A stretch of DNA of 63,222 nt, filler included, from Octopus bimaculoides (GCF_001194135.2; 4 parts of 2 records of this genome joined end to end with filler, not necessarily neighbours in it), one strand, 5' to 3'; numbered from the whole stretch's first letter, positions 10,677 to 22,749 are shown. The notes: generated from the letters alone by a model not told the origin. Program-made: numbers and translations.

Positions 10677-11149
10677 AGCAATTCCTACCAGATCCACCGA
10701 GCCCTTTTCTTTACCAGCAACACCAAACAACATCAAATACCACCAGCCACCACCCTGCATAGCACAAACATACCCGAGGCTACACAACCGTTCCTCCTAC
10801 AACGTCCACGAACATCACACAACAGGAAACAAGAGGAGACGCAAACACTTCCAGAAACTACCTTTGACCAAGAGAACGAAACAGCAAGCAGCAGCAGCAA
10901 CAACAACAACAACAGCAACGGTGTACAAAGAATATGTTAGATCCATCCTGGACCACCACTACGGGCATTCAGTTTCACCGAAACAACAGCAGCACACTAC
11001 ATATTGTAACAGGTTGCACAGAGACAGACAGAGACGACCTACATAGGGAGACAATGGGATTAAAAGTGAACAGACCATCTACACATGTAATGGGTACACA
11101 TACAAACCCACGTACACACAATACGAAGATATATTTGGAGCCTGGTGTT

Positions 11150-11240
11150 GCCATCCGGTTTCACCAGTCCTCAGTCAAATCGTCCAACCCATGCCAGCAT
11201 GGAAAGCGGACGTTAAACGATGATGATGATGATGATGATC
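11150..11240 (-). mobile_element. 3' tail of a LINE/SINE (probably RTE-mobilised) ending in (GAT)n
   Basis: CCAACCCATGCCAGCATGGAAAGCGGACGTTAAACGATGATGAT. Related sequence at 12430-12640, 14480-14560 and 59660-59700. Confidence 0.55.
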
Positions 11241-11247
11241 TCGTTTG

Positions 11248-11625
11248 CTCTTTTATTTGTTTCAGTCATTTGACTGCGGCCATGCTGGAGCACTGCCTTT
11301 AGTTGAACAAATCGACCCCCAAGACTTATTCTTTGTAAGCCTAGTACTTATTCTATCAGTCTCGTTTGCCAAACCGCTGTTATGGGGACGTAAAGACACC
11401 AACGTCAGTTGCCAAGCGATGGTGGGGCTCAAACACAGACACACATACATATATATACACACACACAACAGGCTTCTTTCAGTTTCCATCTACCAAATCC
11501 ACCCACAAGACTTTGGCTGGCTCTAGGCTACAATAGAACACACTTGCCCAAGGTGCCACGCAGTGGGACTGAACCCGGTACTATGTGGATGGGAATGAAG
11601 CTACTTAACACACAGCCACTCCTGC
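11248..11625 (-). mobile_element. Near full-length CORE-type SINE (family B)
   Basis: Reverse strand has GGAGTGGCTGTGTG head, GGGTTCAGTCCC B box, CCTTGGGCAAGTG CORE motif (11541-11553) and the family tail. Confidence 0.85.
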
Positions 11626-11637
11626 ACCTATCATTTA

Positions 11638-11800
11638 TGTATATATTTTTTATTAATCTTTAGCAGAAGTAACAGAGTGACTAAGTTACGAGAGTTTTGT
11701 GTGTTGGCATTTCTCAAACTTTGGTAAGTGCCAACACACAAAACTCTTAGTCTCTGAGTCATTCTGTTACTTCGGCTAAAGATTAATAAAAGTATACATA
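11638..11800. repeat. Long inverted repeat / fold-back element
   Basis: Arm 11653-11709 versus reverse complement of 11729-11786: 2 substitutions plus one divergent patch of about 9 nt, with a 19-nt loop. AT-rich flanks extend the symmetry by about 15 nt. Confidence 0.85.
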
Positions 11801-11839
11801 TGCTCCTATTTCAAGTTCTAATATATATAGTTATCTACA

Positions 11840-11880
<41 letters not shown>

Positions 11881-12902
11881 GCATGCATACATACATACAC
11901 AAACCCCTACAGCTTCTGTCACTACATAGAAAGCCACCTCTAAACATCTGAGGTAGATAAAACACTCTCAAACACCACAACACTGCCCTACATTACATCA
12001 AAAACACACACACTTGCATACATATAAATATATATATATACACACACACACACATACATACATGTCCATACCTACCTATACACACACACACACACAACAG
12101 CTTCCATGCATTTTTGATCTACCAAACTCTACCCACATGGCATGGGCCCATCCCTAGACTATGGTAGCAAAGCACTTACCCATGGTGGAACTGAACCTAG
12201 AACCTATGGCTGTGAAGTAAAAGCCATCACAACACAGCAATGCTTGTACCTTATACATACATTTAATTGTATATAAGAGAAGGAGATATCAAACAAATCT
12301 AAACAAACACACTGGGAAGGATTCTGCATTCGTACAACAGAGTGTTTCCTTCCAGTAGAAATATTTTCTTTAAAAGAAAACAAAAAGCGTTACTAGAAGA
12401 TAGCTGTGTCTCCATCATTTCACTTCTAAATCAATATGCTGGCATGGGTTAGATGGTGTGATAGGAAATGACAAGACTAAGGCCCACACCAGAGCTTTCA
12501 TAGCCTGTTTTCATGTGGTTTCTACAGCTGAGTGCCCTTCCTAATGCTAACCACTTTACAAAATATACTGGGTGCTTTTTATGTGGCACCATCATCTGTG
12601 CCTTTTTACGTGGCACCAACACCAATGCTTTTTATGCGGCACTTTGGTTTTAAATTATAAAAACTTCATGAGTTCACTGGATGCTTTCTGAGGACAACAA
12701 AAAAATTGTGGGGTTGGTCTAATTGACTATATAGTCTTAAAGGTGGTGCTCCAGCATGGCAATAGTCTACTGACTAAAACCAATAAAATTAAACTAAAAA
12801 AGAAAATGTATCTAATCCCCCCTGGTTGCTGTTTTGTCTAATCAACATTTTGTGGATGTCATGTGGTTGGTCAGTTGGTTGGTTGGTTAGGGGTCAACTT
12901 AC

Positions 12903-13081
12903 CTGATGTGCCAAGGCAGGGTCACTGTAGGCCCTCAAAACATCAGGGTGAAAATATTCCCGATCCCGGTTAGCCAATATTGGATGGGAAGGATATGAGT
13001 GGGGTAATGCAGGCAAATGATGACCACCGGGGTTTGTTGCCCCAGCAGCTCCTGGAGTCACTCCTGACATGGGATCAGCTC
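12903..13081 (-). CDS. RERE: Penultimate coding exon (179 nt) of a probable atrophin/RERE-family transcriptional corepressor
   Basis: Minus strand reads tttttttag|GAGCTGATCCC...GCACATCAG|gtaagt, with canonical acceptor and donor. Phase 1 start, phase 0 end, open throughout: xADPMSGVTPGAAGATNPGGHHLPALPHSYPSHPILANRDREYFHPDVLRAYSDPALAHQ. The family call rests on recalled similarity to the RERE/ATN1 C-terminus (DP..G, YP...P.L, AHQ), not on a search. Confidence 0.65.
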
Positions 13082-13559
13082 CTAAAAAAAAGCATAAAGA
13101 AAAAGAAAAAAGAAAAATACATATTTAGAAAAACAAAAAAAAACAGACAAACAAAGAAAATAGATAAAAATTAACGAATTATCTTCGTTAATATCATAGA
13201 GTAGAGTCTTTGAGGTTTTAACACTGCCAAGAGTTTTGGTTCAGAGAAGGATTAGTCTCATCATAAATACTGGTGCAAATCAAAGAACTTTCTTAATGCT
13301 GGCATTTCACAGTTGATGGCTAACTTCATTTTGGTTGAGAGCAGGGGGTATTTGACTGCTATTTCTAACTGGACAGTTTGATCAACACACAGAGGCCCTA
13401 CCATTGTTAATGTTCAGAGAGTCAGGACACATTAACTCTCTCTCCGGGCACTGACCATCTCCAACAACCAAATTGAGGTTCACAGAACTTATGTAAAATG
13501 CTAGAGAAAGAAACCCAGCTGTTTCTTGAAATACATACCAATACATACATCTAAAGGAA

Positions 13560-13667
13560 GTCTTTTTTTAGGGGCCCTTAAAATACTATTGTGGATCCCC
13601 AGTTTAGCATTTTATTGCATGGACCCCTGCTGAAATCTTATATGAATCCTGGTTGAGAAGCACTGAT
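13560..13667 (-). mobile_element. hAT-like MITE end
   Basis: Reverse strand CAGTGCTTCTCAACCAGG. Same family as 45368 (CAGTGGTTCTCAACCAGGG) and 61432. Confidence 0.55.
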
Positions 13668-13807
13668 CTAGAGCAAAAGGACAAATGCAGAGTTGAGTAC
13701 CGCCATACAGTATGGTTGAACCAACAAAGGATGCATCACCGTTACATACGGTTCTTCACTGAAGAAAATGGCGTTATGTGTTGTTATGAAGAATTTTCAA
13801 TCTTTTC

Positions 13808-14010
13808 CAGTAGAATCGGTAGCATACTGGGGGACAATGTTTAGCAGCATTTCGTTTGTCTTTATGTTCTGAGTTCAAATTCTGCTGAGGTCAGTTTTGC
13901 TTTCAGGCTTTAGGATTTGATGAAATACGTACCAGCTGAGTACTGGCGTCAATGTAATCCACCCCAGCCCCCACCAATCGCTGGCTTTGTACCAAAATTT
14001 GAAACCGATA
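13808..14010 (+). mobile_element. Family A SINE (diverged)
   Basis: GTTCTGAGTTCAAATTCTGCTGAGGTCAGTTTTGC core and tail. Confidence 0.7.
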
Positions 14011-14222
14011 TTCCTCAATTTTTAGTCACAGGTGAATTTAGATACTGCATCTTCGAGCATGCAAATCAAATTTTTCAGACCAATATCTATGGCCAAAAGA
14101 AAAACTAGGTCAACTTATACACCGAGATGTCTATGGAGGACCAAAAATTCCATGTCGAATTCAGCAGGATTTGAAAAGATAATAATGATGTTTGAATGTT
14201 TACATTACATCATCATCATCAT

Positions 14223-14455
14223 TTAACCCTTTCATTACTGTATTTCTGTTGAGATGCTCTGTGTTTCTTTCAATTATTTAAAACGTAACAAAGAGTTTAA
14301 TAAAATAACTTCGTTATCATTAAGCTAGTGTTAGGAACATAAATTGTGACTAAGGTTTGGTGGAAGATTTTTATTCAGAACTTTTGAAAACAAGACATTT
14401 GCACTACAGAACCAGAGGTGGTTTCAGCTGGGTTGACAGGAGCTGGCAAGGTTAA
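14223..14455. mobile_element. piggyBac-type MITE
   Basis: Starts TTAACCCTTTC and ends near GGTTAA; no coding capacity. Confidence 0.55.
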
Positions 14456-17006
14456 GGGCAACACCGGGTTCCAATTGTCTGTTTTGGTATAGTTTCTGCA
14501 GCTAGATGACCTTTTTAATGCCAACCATTCCATAGCGTGCTGGGTGCTTTTTACATGGCACCTTCACTGACTTGTATGGCAGAAAATACTGTTATTGTTG
14601 TTGAAACTTGTGTTAGGAAGATGACAGATCAAAGACAATCAAATAGTGACCATTCCGTCTTTTTTTCTTTCCAGTCAGGATGTATTGAGAACTATATCAT
14701 CCAAATGAGTTGGTGTGGTTTTAAGGGAGATCTGCCTGCTATCTCTAGCAAATCAGTCACATAGAAACTCTCTCATTAGTGTATTCCTCCAACAATTAAG
14801 CCTTAAACCAGATCTGACTGATCAAATTTATAAACAGAGCCATTCCAACCATGGCCTCTACCCTTATCGATCAGTTTCCTACACACCCACAGGATTGCCA
14901 CGCTCAATAAATACTCACAGCATGCTCTTCTTGTTGTTACTAAAAATCTGTATTGCTTCCAGCTGGGTTGTAGCCAGAGATGAGAGGGAAGAGTGGAAGA
15001 AGGGGCAAGCGGTCGGGGGTGGGGCTGAGCTCAATAAGTCTGACCTCTTTTAGCAAATGCATACAGAAAAAATAAAACAAAAAATGTCTGTGAAAAAAAC
15101 AAAACAAAAGACTGAAAATTTTAAATAATAATAAAAAATCCAAGAAAATAATGTTTTGAAAATGCAGAATGGATCATGGTGAGAGTAAGCAACAGAGAAA
15201 AAAAAAAAAAGTATCTGATTGATAAAAAAAGAAAAAAAAATACCCATAAAGAATTAGAAATTGCCAGCTAAATTGATTGATTTGTTTCAGTAAAAACAGC
15301 TGAAGGAGAAGAAATTAAATTAGGTTATCAAAGCCTGGTTTGGGTTTGTAAATTTTGGAGTCTTATTAGTTTTGGTAGAGAATACAAGAAAAGACAGATG
15401 AAATTTGGTCAAAATATTCCAGTGCTTACCCACTAAGACAAGTTTACACACCATCAGTCTCTCTTATAGCATCGGAACGGTAAATAATAATAAAAAAATA
15501 TCAAGCTGCTTCCATAATTCATATCGGAAATATATATATACATACTGGCCACTAAATGGTGTTAGGAACATCGTAAATACTCCAGTTGATGAAAAACCTC
15601 ACGCCACAAACAAAAATAACATTGAGTAACCAGATTTTTAATATCAAAGTCCAGCCTAGATGTATCGTAACTACACAGCAGGTTAATTAATTAGGCCGAG
15701 AAGTTTGGAATGAGAACCGGTTTAAAAGGAATTTGAAATTAAATAGAAAAATTATTTTTCTTTTATTTTGCTTATCTACCAATGCCTTACAAGCTGTGAA
15801 GACAAAAACACTTCTAATGTATCAATGTGTATGCATGTGTTTATGTGCATGTTTATATACCTGCTAATATTCATATATATATATAATACATACACACATT
15901 TAAGGTTGAGGGAGAAAAGACAATGAATCTGTAATAAATATCACCCAAAACTGCTGGATATCAAGCATTTGGTTAGTAAAAATATACTAATTTAAACAAA
16001 CTGGCTATGTCTTTAGAATGAGATATTTATATATATACGTATATACACATATACCAAGACTTCCATGTGTCACGTTTGAACAATTGTGAAGATCACTTCA
16101 CGTGAAACCATTGGTTTTGTCAACCCACAAATATACACATTTATGTGCGTGTGTGTGTATATATGTACATATATATATATATATGTGTGTATATGTAATA
16201 TATAATGATCATTTTAACAAAAAGCAAAAAGAAAAAGGTAAAAAAAAAAAAGAAAGAAAAAAAAAACAAGGTAAAACAGCATAAATAATTTAGTTGACAT
16301 AATAACATTAATTTCAAGAGAAACAGGATTAAAAAAAAACTGGTTATATGCCGATGTGGACGTTTATTAGATCAAATGGCAACCGATCCATGAAAATAGT
16401 CTAATAATAATAATAATAATTACTTTAAATGATTTCCAAGCGCCAGTGCTGGCCGTATGTAAGAGAGGAAGTCCAGGGGGGAAACAACAGTGTGACAACT
16501 GAAATAGTATATTAGTAAGGGGTAGGGTGGGAAAGGATGTGAAATGGGGGTTTATAGGGGAAGCATGTTGACCATTTTGGTAAGTCACTCACAATTTGTT
16601 GTTTTTTTTTTTAATGGTGCCACCAATTTTTTCTTACTGTCTTTTTTTCTTTTTTTTAAAAATTAATTACTTCAATACATTTATTGATTAATTTATTAAT
16701 GAATCTTTACAGTAACACTTAATGAGTGTTTAACGTGCAGGAGCCGAAAAAGGAACTGAGGCAGACAGTGAATTTTGGTTTTGTTGCCTATTTTTACTAA
16801 ATGATAAAAATAATGATAATAATAATAATAATAATAATAATAAAAGTAATAAAAGTAATAATGTGTCGTCTCAGTAAAAACAAAGTTGAAACAATCTTTG
16901 AACTGACCTTCAAACTGATATGAGGTACTGAAACTAGATGGAAAAGGTTATGAATAGTGGCAACTAATGGCAAGAAAAGCAAACGAGAAGACATGATTGA
17001 AGAAGT

Positions 17007-17037
<31 letters not shown>

Positions 17038-17141
17038 GGGGTGAGGTGATTTAAGTGGAGTATGTGTGTGTGTGCGTGCGTAAGCCATATAAATATATAT
17101 ATGAAAATAGATTGACATCAAATGTCAGCTACAATTGTCAT

Positions 17142-17524
17142 GGCACTCTGTCGGTTATGACGATGAGGGTTCCAGTTGATCCGATCAACGGAACAGCCTG
17201 CTCGTGAAATTAACGTGCAATTGGCTGAGCACTCCACAGACACATGTACCCTTGACATAGTTCTCAAGGAGATTCAGCGTGACACAGAGTCTGACAAGGC
17301 CAGCCCTTTGAATTACAGGTACAACGGAAACAGGAAGAAAGAGACAGAGAGAGAGAGAGAGAGAGAGAGGACATCAGGGTTTGCCACCAACCCCTGCCAG
17401 AGCCTCGTGGAGCTTTTAGGTGTTTTTGCTCAATAAACACTCATAACGCCCGGTCTGGGAATCGAAACTGCAATGCCATGACTGTGAGTCTGCTGCCCTA
17501 ACCACTGGGCCACTGTGCCTCCAC
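17142..17524 (-). mobile_element. CORE-type SINE (family C variant)
   Basis: First ~170 bp match 42366 and 54435. tRNA-like head on the minus strand (GTGGCCCAGTGGTTAGGG...GTTTCGATTCCC). Confidence 0.8.
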
Positions 17525-17574
17525 TCAGCTACAATAAAATAGTATAAAAAAAAAAATTGCTGTTTAGAAAATTA

Positions 17575-17840
17575 ACTTTTATTTTGCACTGGTTTCATTC
17601 ATTAGATTGTGGCCATGCTGGGGCAATGCCTTGAAGAATTTTTAGTTGAATGAAGTGATCCCAGTACTTTTATTTAAAGCCAGGTACTTATTTTGTTTGT
17701 CTCTCTTGCCAAACTGCTAAGTTACTGGACATAAACACACCAACATTGGTTGTCAAGTGGTCAAGGGGGGCAAACGGACACAAACACACATGTAAACAAT
17801 GGACTGTCATTCTCTACCTACCAAATCCACTCACAGACTG
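17575..17840 (-). mobile_element. Family B SINE, diverged partial copy
   Basis: GTGGCCATGCTGGGGCA...CTACCAAATCCACTCACA matches 11248-11625. Confidence 0.7.
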
Positions 17841-17938
17841 GTTTAATATTTGAGTTTTGTTCCTCCAACATTAATCACCACAAAATGATTAAACGTTAAC
17901 GAAATATAGAAAATATCAACCAGAACAAGGAAGTACCA

Positions 17939-17981
<43 letters not shown>

Positions 17982-18111
17982 TGAAAAAAAATTCTTTTTT
18001 TTAAGAAAAACAATATACAGACCAGTACAAACGTTAGCCAATACAAAAAGTGACATCCTAGCTCTACATAATAGCGATGACGATGATGACAGACAGACGA
18101 CAATGGCAACA

Positions 18112-18153
<42 letters not shown>

Positions 18154-18899
18154 TCCAGCCACAGAAACAAGAGCAGCACTAAAAAAACAAAAAGAAAAAA
18201 AAGAAAAAAAAAACAGCAACAGAAGATTTCAAGCAAAGTATATCCTATTTTAACTACTTTTAACAGCGTGTAACCATGGAAACAAAACTGGTAAAACTAA
18301 CTATAATATATATATAAACACGTAAGAACCAATAAAATTTATTTTTTTAACTTCATCTGACAAAAAAAAAAAAAAGTAAAAAATATAATTGTCGAAATGA
18401 CAAGATTTTTGGAAATGACAAAGAAATAATAAAAGTACAAATAAATAGCAATGGAGGCATCAATATTCCTAGTTTTGGAGAGATTTTCCAGACAAAAATA
18501 ATCAGGTACCAGTGAAGATGTTCAAATAGTGAAATAAATAAATAAATAGAATACATAAAGACATCTTTGAGACTCGAGGAAATCATTTTGAATAAAAGGT
18601 GACTGGATGTTTTCGTTTTTTATTTTCTTGGCATCAATTGGTAAAGAACATAAACAGAAATCTAAAGAAAAGCAAGGCATTTTTCTCAGGTTTACTCAGC
18701 CTCAAACTTGGTATTCTTTGCCTCAATCTCTGCATTTTGATTTCTCCTCATAAACCTGTCACTGTTATTTAAAGAGTTGGTCAGTTTTTCACATTACAAA
18801 CAGCAGCCTGCCACCGGCACTGATCTGGCAACAAACACACTAAAACAGAACCACAATTGAATTGTCATCACGCTGGAAAAATTGTTAGAGGCATCATTT

Positions 18900-19020
18900 C
18901 TTCAAGCCATTTATACTCGCTGAGTTCAAATTCAGTTGAAGTCGACTCTTGCCTTTCATCGTCTCAGGGTTGATAAAACAGGCATCAGTTGAGCAACTGG
19001 CGATGTAACTAACAAACTTT
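18900..19020 (+). mobile_element. Family A SINE core fragment
   Basis: CTGAGTTCAAATTC...GTCGACTCTTGCCTTTCATC. Confidence 0.65.
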
Positions 19021-19151
19021 AATGAGTTCCCACCCAACAAAAACTTCAGGTCACCTGATAGCCAGAGAAAAGATGAATGAAACACTGCTCAGCATTTCGT
19101 CCAGCTTGCTAATGATTCTGCCAGCTCACCACCTTAATAACTGTAATGATC

Positions 19152-19359
19152 TTTTCTACTACAAGCACAAGGGCTGAAATTTAGGGGACAGGGATAATCG
19201 ATTACATTGCTCCTAGTACTTAATTGGTACTTATTCTACCGACCCCGAAAGGATGAAAGGCAAAGTCAACCTCAGCGGAATTTGAACTCAGAATGTAAGG
19301 ATGGGCGAAATACCTCTAAGCATTTTGTCCAGCACACTAACAATTCGGCCAGCTTGCCA
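19152..19359 (-). mobile_element. Family A SINE, full length
   Basis: CCCCGAAAGGATGAAAGGCAAAGTCAACCTCAGCGGAATTTGAACTCAGAA followed by the reverse-strand head ending GCCAGCTTGCC. Confidence 0.85.
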
Positions 19360-19364
19360 CTATG

Positions 19365-19397
<33 letters not shown>

Positions 19398-19980
19398 GTT
19401 TCAAATTTTGGCACAAGGCCAGCAAGTTATCTTGCCATGGTTTACTATGTTCTGCACCAACGACACGACTGGAATGCCGTTTGTCACTTATCAAACAAAC
19501 CTGTTCACAAGATGAGCATAAAACAAAGAGGAAAGAGAAAGACTTGTCAGATGCACAAGTAAATACTCCGTTTTCCCATTTATTGATGCAACCAGAGATT
19601 AAAAAACAGAAGTTTCAGCAAAGAAAAAGGGATTGTGTCTCCTCTGATGTGCAAAATCATGAAATACTGGCCAAAGGTTAGATCCTAGAACCGTGTGAAG
19701 ACTATTTACCAGGTCAACAGCGAAACAAAGACCCGACAACTAATTAATTAAGAGAAAATATAAACAGAGCAAACGGTCAGATTCCAAAGTATGTCGTCGA
19801 AATAAAGTAATTGGTAATTAACAGAATAAATCATTTCAATTAAAAAAATTTTTTATCACGGTAAAAAAATAGTTTTATGAGAGAGAGAAAAAATGAGGTG
19901 GGGGTGATATGAGGGAGAGAGAGGGAGTTAAAGAGAGTTTAGACAGTAGGGAGATGAAGTGATTGAAAGAAGAAGAGTCT

Positions 19981-20080
19981 NNNNNNNNNNNNNNNNNNNN
20001 NNNNNNNNNNNNNNNNNNNNNNNNTTAATTAATTAANNNNNNNNNNNNNNNNNNNNNNNNNNNNNNNNNNNNNNNNNNNN
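19981..20080. other. Artificial 100-bp scaffold spacer
   Basis: 44 N + TTAATTAATTAA (20025-20036) + 44 N. Confidence 0.95.
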
Positions 20081-20114
20081 TTGTTTGCGGGACATGAGGA
20101 ACAACGTCCGGCCC

Positions 20115-20115
<1 letters not shown>

Positions 20116-20184
<69 letters not shown>

Positions 20185-20195
20185 CATCATCATCA
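20116..20195. repeat. (TAT)n(CAT)n microsatellite
   Basis: Direct read. Confidence 0.97.
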
Positions 20196-21457
20196 TACAT
20201 GCTTTATCATGTGAATTCACTGCACTATCGAACGCAGCTTTTTGTAACTTGAGCATGTGTTGTGTTTTGGTTTGTTGTTATTTTCTCTGTATTGAATGTG
20301 CTTTACTTAGGATGCGCGCGGTGCCATGTAGTGCTATTTTTTCCTATGATATATATATTCGTAAGTTCTGGTATTTTGGTTATGTATTTTCTGTATTCTT
20401 TCTAATCATACCCAATGCACCTATTATTATAAATATTGTTTCTGTTTTTAGGCTACACATTCGAGTTATCTCTGTTTCTATATCTTTGTATTTTGAGAAT
20501 TTCTCCCTTTCTTATAGTGATTCATCATCATCTGTTGCGATTGATAAGTCGATTGGAAGGTAATTTTTCTTCAAAATTTCTGGCAACATTATCCGGTCTG
20601 TTAGCCTTTATTATTTTCTGTGACGCTTTGTGGGATATGCTTATACCATCTTTTTTCTGTTGTCGTTCCATAATGTTGCCGTAGCTTCAAGTGTATATAG
20701 ATCTCAACATTGTCATATTCGGGCAGCGATAGACGATATTATTTACTGTTTCTTCTCTCAGCATGTTAACCAATGAAAAGCACATTTTTGGATAAAAAGA
20801 TAATAGAGACCCCCCAAAAACGGTTCCAAATGGTTGGAACGCTTTTTATCAAACAATTCAATGAGACCTAATCACTGAGTGAATGTCAAATTAAGGATGC
20901 TGAGCACCTACAAAGATATAGGAGCCTCCGACCTGCTAGAAATAGCAGGTAAGTGTATTCTTTGGTATTTTCATCAAACTGGAAGCGAATATATATTATC
21001 GATGGCGGAACTCTACACATTTTGTAAAATTTATTGATAACATTGGATACATTGGGTCTTCAAGTCACGCCTTAAAAACCGTATTCAGGCAAGTGTTTCA
21101 TAAAGTTGCAAACGAAAAAGAAATTGAAGTCACTTTCAATTCTATAAATACGTTCATATAAATAGATGTGTATGTATAAATCTATATATGCATGTATGTA
21201 CGTAAATAGATATGGGTGTGTATCTGCAGGTAGTGTGTGTATATATGCGTGTCTGCATAGGTGTTCTTGCTTTTCTGGGGAGTATGTATAAATAAATATA
21301 CATGTATGTATCAGTATCATGTATATGCGTATATATATTAATACTTGCATTTAAGATTATGTTTTATGAAATCGTTTCAATGCAACAATGTGTACAAGCA
21401 TACAATTAAATATTTCATTATGTGCATTTATATATTCATGCACAAACAAGCAAGCTT

Positions 21458-21494
<37 letters not shown>

Positions 21495-22368
21495 ATCACA
21501 CACTCATAATACATGTATACAGACATACATATACCTGCACACATACAAACACACAGAGACACAGATGCATATATGTATGTGTGCGTATGTGTGTGTGTGT
21601 ACACATACATATATTATGTGACGCTCAACAGCACATTATAACTAGCACACACGCACACGCGCGCACATATACGTATGTATGTATGTATGTATGTATGTAT
21701 GTATGTATGTATGTACGTATGCATGTATATATGTATGTATGTATGGCAATACATTTCCTAGAATTGCTATTGCTAACCACATACATGTTCTAGATAATCT
21801 GTTTCATTAAATTATCTTAAGGAGAATCTACTTAGAATTCAATTTATGATTTCCAAATCCTCTTCATAAATACCTTATTTTATTTGCTAATTCATTTCTT
21901 TTTGCTCTATTTTTCCCAGATATTTTTTTTCTAGTGCCTGTCTATATATGCGCTAGAGTGTACTGTGAGATTATATGTACATGTTTACACGTTTGTTTGT
22001 GTGTGCAAGTGTGTGTTTATATATACATGTTTATATGTTTGTGTATGTGTGGAAGCGTGTTTTTACGTTCATGCATTCTATTTCGTAACAACCTTACATA
22101 CATCCCACCAGCTTATATTTTATACGACAATTGATTTATCGACTATACATCCCTTTAGTCCATCACAGTATTAAACGAGAAACGAAGAGAATACTACACG
22201 TTTCCCCGTGTTATATTATAATGTATTATATTTCCTGATGGAAAGATAATTGCAATTCCATATTTAGACATATTTCTTTTTATATTGTATGAACGTATGT
22301 ACATGTGTACGTTCATGCGTGTCTGTGTGTGTTATATATATATATATATAGATACATAGATAGATATT

Positions 22369-22403
<35 letters not shown>

Positions 22404-22749
22404 NNNNNNNNNNNNNNNNNNNNNNNNNNNNNNNNNNNNNNNNNNNNNNNNNNNNNNNNNNNNNNNNNNNNNNNNNNNNNNNNNNNNNNNNNNNNNNNNN
22501 NNNNNNNNNNNNNNNNNNNNNNNNNNNNNNNNNNNNNNNNNNNNNNNNNNNNNNNNNNNNNNNNNNNNNNNNNNNNNNNNNNNNNNNNNNNNNNNNNNNN
22601 NNNNNNNNNNNNNNNNNNNNNNNNNNNNNNNNNNNNNNNNNNNNNNNNNNNNNNNNNNNNNNNNNNNNNNNNNNNNNNNNNNNNNNNNNNNNNNNNNNNN
22701 NNNNNNNNNNNNNNNNNNNNNNNNNNNNNNNNNNNNNNNNNNNNNNNNN

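Noticed and set aside
14940-15060. GC-rich, Pro-rich minus-strand patch as a candidate upstream exon
   Set aside because: Weak acceptor (AAAAG), no donor, and the phase-1 frame ends in TAG.
18680-18860. Short coding-looking minus-strand frame (KLTNSLNNSDRFMRRNQNAEIEAK)
   Set aside because: Bounded by stops with no usable splice sites.
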